Source of the DNA: Actinomycetota bacterium
GTDB taxonomy: Bacteria; Actinomycetota; Actinomycetes; Mycobacteriales; SCTD01
Length of the DNA stretch: 64,000 bases
Direction of reading: 5' to 3'
NCBI GenBank assembly: GCA_019348355.1
Contig: JAHWJP010000003.1
Span: 111-64,110, forward strand
Under the pieces are notes generated by a model. That model made no database searches and had not been told where the DNA came from. It was given only the letters and a program-made list of their open reading frames with translations. Each line of letters starts with the position of its first letter. The stretch's first letter is position 1. Below are positions 39,962 through 49,315 of this stretch, piece after piece. A program made the translations under genes and the position numbers.

Positions 39962-40695
39962 ATGACACGTACCGCCTGCACCTTGGCTCCCCACGGCACC
40001 TCTGCCTTGCGTCGCTCCCCAGTGCTCGCAGCCGGGTTCCTGCTCGTCACCTGCTCTCGGGGTGCGGGGACGGCGCAGAAGCGGACCGCGCGAAGGCTCA
40101 GACCGTGAGCACGCCTGGCCCGGTGACCGCAGCCCCGACGCCGTCACCGACCACCGCACCGACGGCGGCCAAGACTGTCCGCCTGACCGGCAACGGCATC
40201 GACACGTCCGCGCAGCTGGTCGGGTTCGGCACCCCGTACACCAGTGCGAGGGCAGTCTTCGACTCCGCGCTCGGCCTGCCGACCAAGGACACCGGTGAGG
40301 GCGACAGCTTCAGCGACTACGGCACCTGTCCGGGAGACAAGCTGCGGGCACTGGAGTACGGCGACGGTGCGCTCGTGCTGCTGTTCGGCGACGTCGACGG
40401 GCCCGGCCTGACCTTCTACCAGTGGACACTGCAGGAACAGGGCACCGTTACCGACGTCCCGACGGCCAGTGCCTTGATCGGCGGCACGACGTACGACTTC
40501 GGCATCGGCACCACGGTGGCGCAGTTGCGGGAGGGCGTCGGCGAGAAGGCACTCGAGGTGAGCGCCGGCGACGGCCCCGTCGGCCCGAACTTCTCTCTGG
40601 CCGACCAGTCGTCGGGCATGTTCGGGCAGCTGACCGGGACCAGCCCCAGCGACACGGCGATTCTCCTGCAGGCGGGCGAGGCCTGCGGGGAGTAG
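39962..40695 (+). pseudogene. Lipoprotein gene split over two reading frames (frameshift or sequencing error)
   Basis: Frame of ORF 39881-40108 gives MTRTACTLAPHGTSALRRSPVLAAGFLLVTC... then stops. Frame of ORF 39895-40695 gives ...HLLSGCGDGAEAD plus a 200-aa mature domain but has no hydrophobic signal. Confidence 0.5.
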
Positions 40696-40733
40696 ACGGC
40701 CGGACCGCAGGCCGACCGCTACGGTCGCTCGAC

Positions 40734-42080
40734 ATGAGCGAGCTGCTGCCGACGACCGCCCGCCTGCTGCTGGCCCGCACCGCCCGGGCACAGCGCGACA
40801 GCCGGCTGCCCTCGCTGCTCACCGGAATCGTGCGCGACGGCTCGCTGGCCTGGTCGGCCGGCCGGGGCGCGGTCGACGAGCCGCACACCGACGTGCAGTA
40901 CCGCATCGGCTCGATCACCAAGACGATCACCGCGATCACTGTGCTGCGTCTTCGTGACGAGGGGCTGCTCACCCTCGACGACCCGCTCGACGACCACGTC
41001 CCCGGCACGCCCTTCGGCCGGCGCACCGTCGGGCAGCTGCTCGCCCACAACGCCGGGCTGCGGGCGGAGAGCCCGGGCTCGTGGTGGGAGCGGGTCCCGG
41101 GGACGGACTGGCCCACCCTGGCCGGCCAGCTCGACGACGACGACGCGCCGCACACGGCGGGTCGCCGCTTTCACTACTCGAACCTCGGCTACGGCGTGCT
41201 CGGCGAGCTGCTCGCCCGGCGCCGCAGCCGGCCCTGGACCGAGGTCGTCCGGGACGAGGTGCTGCTCCCGCTCGGCATGTCCCGCACGACCCCGAGGCCC
41301 GACGGCCGGGCCGCCCAGGGTTGGGCCGTGCACCCGTGGGCCGACGTCGTGCTCCCCGAGCCGGAGCACGACGCCGGCGCGATGGCGGCCGGTGGGCAGC
41401 TCTGGTCGACGCTGACGGATCTCGCGCGGCTCGGCTCGTTCCTGCTCGGTGACACCGGCGATGTCCTGGCCGCCGCGACGCTCGAGGAGATGGCCGAGCC
41501 GGCCGGCGTGGACAGCGCGGCGAGGGAGTGGGGGGCGTACGGCCTCGGCCTGCAGGTGGTGCGGGTCGGCGACCGGACGCTGGTCGGCCACGGCGGGTCG
41601 ATGCCGGGCTTTCTCGCCTCGGTGTTCGTCGACCGTGCGGAGCAGCTCGGCAGCGTGGTGCTGGCCAACGCCACCAGCGGGCTGGACGGCACCCTCGCGG
41701 CGGATCTGCACGAGATCGTCCGGGCCGCAGAGCCGTTCGTGGGCGAGCCGTGGTCGCCGACCGCCGACGCCGACGGGTTGGAACTCGCCGGCGTCTGGTA
41801 CTGGGGGACGTACTCCTACGGCCTGCGCCTGCGGTCCGACGGGCTGCTGGACCTCGTGGGGCTGCTGGGCTCCGGCCGGGCGTCGCGCTTCCGGCCGCGC
41901 GGCGACGGGACCTTCGTCGGCCTCGACGGCTACCACGCCGGCGAGGTCCTGCGGGTCGTCCGCGAAGGCGGCCGGGTGGTCGCACTCGATCTCGGCAGCT
42001 TCGTCTACAGCCGCACGCCGTACGACGAGCAGGCACCGCAGCCGGGAGGCGTCGACACCGGCGGCTGGCGTGCCGGCTGA
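40734..42080 (+). CDS. Serine hydrolase of the beta-lactamase / PBP (class C-like) family
   Basis: Track ORF 40422-42080 trimmed to ATG 40734. SxxK motif GSITKTITA. YSN motif (HYSNLGY). Confidence 0.85.
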   Translation: MSELLPTTARLLLARTARAQRDSRLPSLLTGIVRDGSLAWSAGRGAVDEPHTDVQYRIGSITKTITAITVLRLRDEGLLTLDDPLDDHVPGTPFGRRTVGQLLAHNAGLRAESPGSWWERVPGTDWPTLAGQLDDDDAPHTAGRRFHYSNLGYGVLGELLARRRSRPWTEVVRDEVLLPLGMSRTTPRPDGRAAQGWAVHPWADVVLPEPEHDAGAMAAGGQLWSTLTDLARLGSFLLGDTGDVLAAATLEEMAEPAGVDSAAREWGAYGLGLQVVRVGDRTLVGHGGSMPGFLASVFVDRAEQLGSVVLANATSGLDGTLAADLHEIVRAAEPFVGEPWSPTADADGLELAGVWYWGTYSYGLRLRSDGLLDLVGLLGSGRASRFRPRGDGTFVGLDGYHAGEVLRVVREGGRVVALDLGSFVYSRTPYDEQAPQPGGVDTGGWRAG

Positions 42081-42990
42081 GCCGCCCGATCCCCGCCCGG
42101 CCGACCGACTGGCCGAACTCATTGCCGGCGGCGACGTCATGGTCCTGTCCGGAGCGGGCCTGTCGACCGACTCGGGGATCCCGGACTACCGCGGGCCGAC
42201 GGGCGCGCTGCGCCGGGCGACGCCGATGACCTACCAGCGCTTCGTCGGCGACCCCGCACAGCGGCAGCGCTACTGGGCCCGCAGCCACCTCGGCTGGCGG
42301 ATCGTCGCGCAGGCCGCGCCCAACGCCGGCCACTTCGCGGTCACCGCGCTTCAGGAGCACGGGCTGCTCGCGGGGCTGGTCACGCAGAACGTCGACGGGC
42401 TGCACACCAGGGCCGGCGCCACCGGCGTGATCGAACTGCACGGCAACCTGCACCGGGTTGTCTGCCTGGGCTGCGGGGCGGTCAGCGCACGGACCGAGCT
42501 CGACGACCGGTTGCGCGCAGCCAACGCAGGCTGGTCGGCCTCGGTCGGGCGGTTCAATCCGGACGGTGACGTCGAGCTGCCGGACGACGCAGTCCGGGGC
42601 TTCACGGTCGTGGACTGCCGGCTCTGCGGCGGGCTGCTGAAGCCCGATGTCGTGTTCTTCGGCGAGACGGTGCCGGCCGGGCGCGTCGAAGTGAGCTTCG
42701 CGCTCGTCGCCCATGCCCGGCTGCTGCTCGTGCTCGGCTCGTCCCTGTCCGTCATGTCCGGTTACCGCTTCGTGCTGCGGGCGGCGAAGCTCGGTGTCCC
42801 CGTCGCGATCGTCAACCAGGGTCTCAGCCGCGGCGACCCGCACGCCGCACTCACCCTCGACGCGCCGCTGGGCGAGGCGCTGCCGGAGCTGGTCTACGCG
42901 GCCACCGGTCGCACGTCACCGCGCAGGTCGCTCACCAGGTCGCCCGTGCGCCCGGCGCGTACCGCCTTGCGGCCAGGACCGAAGACGTAG
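42070..42990 (+). CDS. Sir2-family NAD-dependent protein deacylase
   Basis: Track ORF 41449-42990 trimmed to GTG 42070. GAGLSTDSGIPDYRG, QNVDGLH, zinc Cys pairs CLGCG...CRLCGG. Confidence 0.85.
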   Translation: MPAEPPDPRPADRLAELIAGGDVMVLSGAGLSTDSGIPDYRGPTGALRRATPMTYQRFVGDPAQRQRYWARSHLGWRIVAQAAPNAGHFAVTALQEHGLLAGLVTQNVDGLHTRAGATGVIELHGNLHRVVCLGCGAVSARTELDDRLRAANAGWSASVGRFNPDGDVELPDDAVRGFTVVDCRLCGGLLKPDVVFFGETVPAGRVEVSFALVAHARLLLVLGSSLSVMSGYRFVLRAAKLGVPVAIVNQGLSRGDPHAALTLDAPLGEALPELVYAATGRTSPRRSLTRSPVRPARTALRPGPKT

Positions 42991-43904
42991 GCGAGAAAGA
43001 GAACCTCGGCCAGCACGCCGATGCCGACGCGAGCCCACGTCGGGAGCGGCGAGGGCGTCACGAACGCCTCGATGATGCCGGAGACGAACAGCACGAGGGC
43101 CAGCCCCAGGGCGCCGGCAATCAGCGACCGGCCCTCCTCGGCGAGGGCGCGAGAGCGGGTGCGTCCGCCCGGATCGACCACCGTCCAGCCCAGCTTCAGG
43201 CCGAGTCCACAGGCCACGAACACGGCGGTGAGTTCGAGCAGACCATGCGGCAGGATCAGTCCGAAGAACAGACCGGCCCGGTCGTTGGCCACCATCAGCC
43301 CACCGGCGACGGCGGCGTTCAGCGCGTTGAGAGACAACACGAACAGCACCGGCAGGCCGAGCAGGACGCCGAACACGATCGCCTGTGCCGCCACGTAAGC
43401 GTTGTTGGTGAAGACACGGGCGGCAAAGTCCTGGGCGGGCGCGGAGCTGTAGTAGTTCTCGAAGTCCTCCTCGACCAGTTGCCGCACAACCTCCGGCGGT
43501 GCGGCCGCGAGCTGCGCCTCCGGGCTGGTCGCGATGAAGCCGCCCATCCCGAAGGCGAGAACGAGGAAGAAGACCGCCGCACCGGTCCACCACCAGCGGG
43601 TCCGGTAGCAGACGGCCGGGAAGTCCACCCGCAGGAAGCGCGCAACGTCGGACCACACCGCCCGGCGACCGCCGGCCACGACGCCGCGGGCCCGGGCAAC
43701 CAGGGAGGACAGCCGACCGACGAGGACCTCGTCCCGCCCGGCGCTCTGCACGACCGACAGGTGGGTCGCGGTGCGTTGATAGAGGTCGACCAGCTCGTCG
43801 ACCTCTGCCCCGGTGAGCCTGCGTGGCGATGACCCCCGGCCGAGCAGCACCTCCAGGCGAGCCCACTCACCCCGGTGCGCAGCAACGTAGGCGTCGAGGT
43901 CCAC
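42894..43904 (-). CDS. SpoIIM-like (DUF95) integral membrane protein
   Basis: N-terminus MDLDAYVAAHRGEWARLEVLL... followed by multiple TM segments, including LPHGLLELTAVFVACGLGL, which is typical of the family. Confidence 0.75.
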   Translation of the reverse strand: MDLDAYVAAHRGEWARLEVLLGRGSSPRRLTGAEVDELVDLYQRTATHLSVVQSAGRDEVLVGRLSSLVARARGVVAGGRRAVWSDVARFLRVDFPAVCYRTRWWWTGAAVFFLVLAFGMGGFIATSPEAQLAAAPPEVVRQLVEEDFENYYSSAPAQDFAARVFTNNAYVAAQAIVFGVLLGLPVLFVLSLNALNAAVAGGLMVANDRAGLFFGLILPHGLLELTAVFVACGLGLKLGWTVVDPGGRTRSRALAEEGRSLIAGALGLALVLFVSGIIEAFVTPSPLPTWARVGIGVLAEVLFLAYVFGPGRKAVRAGRTGDLVSDLRGDVRPVAA

Positions 43905-43964
43905 ACGTTGCAGACTAGGTGCGGCACCGGAGGTTCCCGGTCTGTCTCACGCGGAGGAGGTGCG

Positions 43965-44933
43965 GTGTCCCAGCTCGTCACCGGCGAGGCGGTCGCACTC
44001 GACCTGCGCCCGGCCGCCCTGCCGTCCCGACTGCTCGCCGGTGTGCTCGACGCGCTGCTCCAGTTCCTCGTGCTGGTCGTTCTCGGCTCCCTGGCCACCG
44101 CGGTGTCCCTGGACCTGTCGGAAGCCGCGGTCGAGGCGCTCGGCCTGATCGTGATCGTTGCGGTGTTGATCTTCTACCCGGTGACCTTCGAGACACTGAT
44201 GCGCGGGCGCACCCCCGGCAAGGCGGCCATGGGACTGCGGGTCGTCCGTGACGACGGCGGCCCGATCGGCTTCCGGCAGGCGCTGGTGCGCGGGCTGACC
44301 GGCGCCTTCCTCGAGCGGCCCGGGTTGAGCCTGTTCACGATCGCCGTCGTCACCTCGCTGCTCAACGAGCAGGGCAAGCGGCTCGGTGACCTGCTGGCCG
44401 GCACGGTGGTGCTGCGCGAGCGGGTGTCGGTGCGCGGCGGGCGGGTGGCTGGGATGCCGCCGCCGCTCGCCGGCTGGGCCGCAGGCCTCGACCTGTCGGG
44501 CGTCCCGGACGGCCTGGCCCTGGCGATCCGCCAGTTCCTGTCCCGGTCGGACGAGCTCACCGAGGCGGCCCGCGAGGAGCTGGGCGGGAAGCTGGTACGC
44601 GCGGTGAGCGACGCCGTCGGCTCGCCGCCCCCTGGCACTCCTGGCTGGGCGGTGCTGTCCGCGGTGCTGGCCGAGCGGCACCGCCGCGAGAGCCTGCGGC
44701 TGGGCACCGGGACGTACGCCCCGCCCGGTCCGCCGCAGCCGCCGCCTGGCTTCCAGCCGCAGCCGGGCTACCAGGCCGCGCCCCAGCCGCAGCCCCCGTA
44801 CCCGCCCCAGCCGCAGCCCCCGTACCCGCCCCAGCCGCAGCCCACGTACCAGCCCCAGCCGCCGCCCCCTTCGCCGCCGGCGACCCCGGCAGCCCCCACC
44901 ACCGGGCCGGGCGGCTTCGTCGCACCGTTTTGA
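43965..44933 (+). CDS. RDD-family membrane protein with a Pro/Gln/Tyr-rich C-terminal repeat
   Basis: Track ORF 43875-44933 trimmed to GTG 43965 after GGAGGAGGTGCG. RDD core GRTPGKAAMGLRVVRDDG. Confidence 0.8.
   Translation: MSQLVTGEAVALDLRPAALPSRLLAGVLDALLQFLVLVVLGSLATAVSLDLSEAAVEALGLIVIVAVLIFYPVTFETLMRGRTPGKAAMGLRVVRDDGGPIGFRQALVRGLTGAFLERPGLSLFTIAVVTSLLNEQGKRLGDLLAGTVVLRERVSVRGGRVAGMPPPLAGWAAGLDLSGVPDGLALAIRQFLSRSDELTEAAREELGGKLVRAVSDAVGSPPPGTPGWAVLSAVLAERHRRESLRLGTGTYAPPGPPQPPPGFQPQPGYQAAPQPQPPYPPQPQPPYPPQPQPTYQPQPPPPSPPATPAAPTTGPGGFVAPF
44781..44866 (+). repeat. 24-nt tandem repeat, about 3.5 copies, coding PQPQPPYP units
   Basis: ccccagccgcagcccccgtacccg twice exactly (44781-44828), then ccccagccgcagcccacgtaccag, then a partial unit. 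Confidence 0.8.
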
Positions 44934-44953
44934 ACGCTCCCACCTGGGTGGTT

Positions 44954-45023
44954 GATCATCCGCAGGGTCGCCGTTCGTAGGAGGCGCCGCTCGCGGCTGA
45001 GGACGGCGATCCTGCGGATGATC
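44954..45023. terminator. 70-nt palindromic element between convergent RDD and ahcY genes (two inverted copies of the 23-nt motif)
   Basis: GATCATCCGCAGGGTCGCCGT (44954-44974) pairs with ACGGCGATCCTGCGGATGATC (45003-45023). The 28-nt loop contains GCCG-ctcg-CGGC. TTTCGG follows on the plus strand. Confidence 0.55.
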
Positions 45024-45065
45024 TTTCGGTCTCAGACACGCCCCCGGGTGATGGGGGGGCGGGGC

Positions 45066-46552
<1,487 letters not shown>

Positions 46553-46556
<4 letters not shown>

Positions 46557-46939
46557 GAGTTGTCCTGTCCTGGAGTGGGCGAGAGGAGCTGGGAGTGCTT
46601 GTCCTGTTCGAAGGCGAGCCAGGCGCCGTCGGGCAGCCCGGCACCGCCGGTCTCACTGGTGGGGCGGCTCGGCTCGGCGGAGAACCACTGGTCGAGCACC
46701 TCGGCCAGCGCCGGCTCGCGACGCAGCCGAAGGGCGAAGCCGACGTCGCCGAGCTCGACGCCGTGACGCTCGAGCAGCGACCGGAGGGTACGCAGGCGCT
46801 GCAGCTCGCCGGGGCCGTAGAGCCGGTAGCCGGCTGCCGACCGGGGAGCATCCAGCAGGCCCAGCTGCTCGACGTAGCGCAGCATGCGCGGCGACCACCC
46901 GGTGGTGGTCGCGGCCTCATGGATCGTCAGCGTCGACAT
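46553..46939 (-). CDS. MerR-family transcriptional regulator
   Basis: Track ORF 46553-46960 trimmed to ATG 46939 ([46 protein letters not shown]). The stop overlaps the ahcY start (ATGA). Confidence 0.8.
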
Positions 46940-46961
46940 CACCGCCAACCTTATCAGCATC

Positions 46962-47012
46962 GTGTCAGAGTGACCAGCCCGGGGACGGCCAGCCTGGACA
47001 CGATTGTGTCAG
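46962..47012. promoter_or_regulatory. GTGTCAG direct repeat and GACAC-gatt-GTGTC palindrome upstream of the MerR gene
   Basis: GTGTCAG at 46962-46968 and 47006-47012. Palindrome at 46997-47010, overlapping the stop codon of the AhcY paralogue. Confidence 0.35.
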
Positions 47013-48274
47013 GGTCGCCAGCTGGACAGGTAGCGGTCCTGCGCGGGGGTGAGCAGGTCGAGCCGCACCCCGAGCGCGTCCAGCTTGGTGCGCGCCACCT
47101 CCTCGTCGATCGCGGCCGGGACCCGATGCACCCCCGGCGCCAGCTCGGCGCCCGCCAGCCACTCGACCGTGAGTGCCTGGACGGCGAAGGAGATGTCCAT
47201 GACCGAGGGCGGGTGACCCTCGCCTGCGGCCAGGTTCGCGAGCCGGCCCTCGGCCAGCAGCAGCAGCCGGCGGCCGTCTGCCAGCTCGTAGGCATCGACA
47301 TGGGGGCGCACCCGCCGGTGCACCGCGACGGCCTCGCTCGCCAGGCCGACGACGTCCACCTCCACGTCGAAGTGGCCCGCGTTGGCCAGCACCGCACCGT
47401 CCTTCATGACCGCGAAGTGCCTTGTGGTGAGGACGTCCCGGTTGCCGGTGGTCGTGACGAAGACGTCACCGAGCAGCGCGGCCTCAGCCATGGGCAGCAC
47501 CCGGTGTCCGTCGAGCACCGCCTCCAGCGCCCGGCTCGGCTCGACCTCGGTGACGACGACCCGCGCGCCCAGCCCGGTGGCCCGCCGGGCGATCCCGGTG
47601 CCGCACCAGCCGTACCCGGCGACGATGACGGTCGTGCCGGCGAGCAGTATGCCGGTCGCCCGCATCACGGCGTCGAGGGTCGACTGCCCGGTGCCGTGCC
47701 GGTTCGCGACGAGCAGCTGCATCGGGGTGTCGTTGACCGCCGCCATCGGCAGGCGCAGCGCTCCGTCGGCCGCCATCTGCCGCAGCCGTAGGACGCCGGT
47801 CGAGGTCTGCTCGCCGCCGGCCCGCACCTGACCCAGCAGGTCCGTCCGGGTGGTGTGCAGCATGGCGACGAGATCGCAGCCGTCGTCGAGCAGCAGCTGC
47901 GGCCGGCTGTCGAGCACGCCGGAAAGGTGCGCCAGACAGCCGGCCCGGTCCACGGCGTAACGGGCATGGACCCCGACCGAGTCGTCGACGACGAGCGCCG
48001 CAGCGACGTCGTCCTGGGTCGACAGCGGGTTCGAGGCGGCCAGGTGCAGCTCGGCCCCACCAGCCGCAAGAGTCCCTGCCAAGCAGGCGGTTTCGGGTGT
48101 CACATGCGCACACAGCGCCACCCGCAGACCGGCGAGCGGCCGCTCGCGAGCGAAGCGTGCCCGCAGCAGGCCCAGCACCGGCATATCGCGCTCGGCGAAC
48201 TCCACCCGGCGACGCCCCTGCCCGGCGAGGGTGAGGTCGGCAACGTCGTGCGGCGGCAAGGTCACGCCGGCCAT
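47009..48274 (-). CDS. Divergent adenosylhomocysteinase-like paralogue (short form)
   Basis: Track ORF 47009-48556 trimmed to ATG 48274 (MAGVTLPPHDVADLTLAGQG...). It aligns by eye along its whole length with AhcY: STQDD, LDDGCD, EQTSTGV, GYGWCGTG, TTTGN, GHFDVEVD, LAEGRLANL, GHPPSVMD. Confidence 0.75.
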   Translation of the reverse strand: MAGVTLPPHDVADLTLAGQGRRRVEFAERDMPVLGLLRARFARERPLAGLRVALCAHVTPETACLAGTLAAGGAELHLAASNPLSTQDDVAAALVVDDSVGVHARYAVDRAGCLAHLSGVLDSRPQLLLDDGCDLVAMLHTTRTDLLGQVRAGGEQTSTGVLRLRQMAADGALRLPMAAVNDTPMQLLVANRHGTGQSTLDAVMRATGILLAGTTVIVAGYGWCGTGIARRATGLGARVVVTEVEPSRALEAVLDGHRVLPMAEAALLGDVFVTTTGNRDVLTTRHFAVMKDGAVLANAGHFDVEVDVVGLASEAVAVHRRVRPHVDAYELADGRRLLLLAEGRLANLAAGEGHPPSVMDISFAVQALTVEWLAGAELAPGVHRVPAAIDEEVARTKLDALGVRLDLLTPAQDRYLSSWRP

Positions 48275-48453
48275 GCTGTCAGGGGCGATAGCGTGCGCGC
48301 CATGCCGGAGGCGAGGTCCCGTGACGCCGACCTGCAGCGGGTGATCGACGCCGTCGGCGCCCTGGCGGACGGCCCGGGGAGCCCGTTGATCGTCGTGAGC
48401 CCGCGAGGCGTGCGCGGCAATCCCTACGACCCCACCTTCGTACGGCCGCAGGC

Positions 48454-49308
48454 ATGACGCAGGCCGGGCCGGGGCGGACGTACGGTCTGCCGGTGACCAC
48501 CACCGCGCTCGTGACCGACTCGACCAGCTATCTGCCACCCGGGCTCGCCGACGCACTCGGGATCACGGTCGTCTCGATGCACGTCGTTCTCGACGGCCGC
48601 TCCGTCCCGGAGGTCGAGCTCGACCCGGCAGAGTTCTACCGCCGGCTTCGCGCCGGCGCGACGCCGACAACCTCACATCCGGCGCCCGGGGAGTTCCTCC
48701 AGGCGTACGACGCAGCCGGCGCCGAGCGGGTGCTGTGCGTGACGGCGGCCGCGGCACTCAGCGGGTCGCATCAGAGCGCACTGCTCGCCGCCGGGATGAC
48801 CGATCTGCCGGTCGACGTGGTGGACTCCGGGACCATCGGCGGTGGCCTGTGCCTGGTCGTGCTCGAGACGGCGCGCGGGCTGGCCGCCGGCGCTTCCCAC
48901 GACGAGACGCTGGCGCTGGCCACGTCGTTGGGCGACCGGGTCGTCTCCACCTGGTCCTCTGACACGACGGCGCTGCTGGCGGCGGGCGGGCGGCTGCCGG
49001 ACGACGTGCCGGAGGGCATCGCGGTGTTCGCACTGGACCGGGGCCAGGTCCGGGTCCTCGGAGCGGCACGGTCGGTGGAGGAGTCGATCGACTTCCAGGT
49101 GGACGTGATCCGGCCGGCGGCCGCGCAGTCGCCGACCCGCGTCACCGTCGGGCACGGCGATGCGGCCGAGCTGGCCGATGCGCTGGTGGAGGCGCTTTCC
49201 GGTGTCGACGGGGTGCTGGGCATCGACCGCTACGTCACCGGCCCGGTCGTCGCGGCCCACGCCGGCGCCGGAAACGTCGGGGCCAGCTACCTGCGGGCAG
49301 CCGGCTGA
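48454..49308 (+). CDS. DegV-family (fatty-acid binding) protein
   Basis: ALVTDSTSYLP near the N-terminus and TTSHPAPGEFLQAY (the family's conserved Ser/Thr-rich patch). Start may be GTG 48493. Confidence 0.75.
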   Translation: MTQAGPGRTYGLPVTTTALVTDSTSYLPPGLADALGITVVSMHVVLDGRSVPEVELDPAEFYRRLRAGATPTTSHPAPGEFLQAYDAAGAERVLCVTAAAALSGSHQSALLAAGMTDLPVDVVDSGTIGGGLCLVVLETARGLAAGASHDETLALATSLGDRVVSTWSSDTTALLAAGGRLPDDVPEGIAVFALDRGQVRVLGAARSVEESIDFQVDVIRPAAAQSPTRVTVGHGDAAELADALVEALSGVDGVLGIDRYVTGPVVAAHAGAGNVGASYLRAAG

Positions 49309-49315
49309 CCGGAGC

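Noticed and set aside
48275-48453. Possible SAH riboswitch in the 180-nt leader of the AhcY paralogue.
   Set aside because: It is GC-rich and probably structured, but I could not recognise the conserved SAH-riboswitch core by eye. A covariance-model search (Rfam SAH riboswitch) would be decisive. A hit on the minus strand would overturn this rejection.
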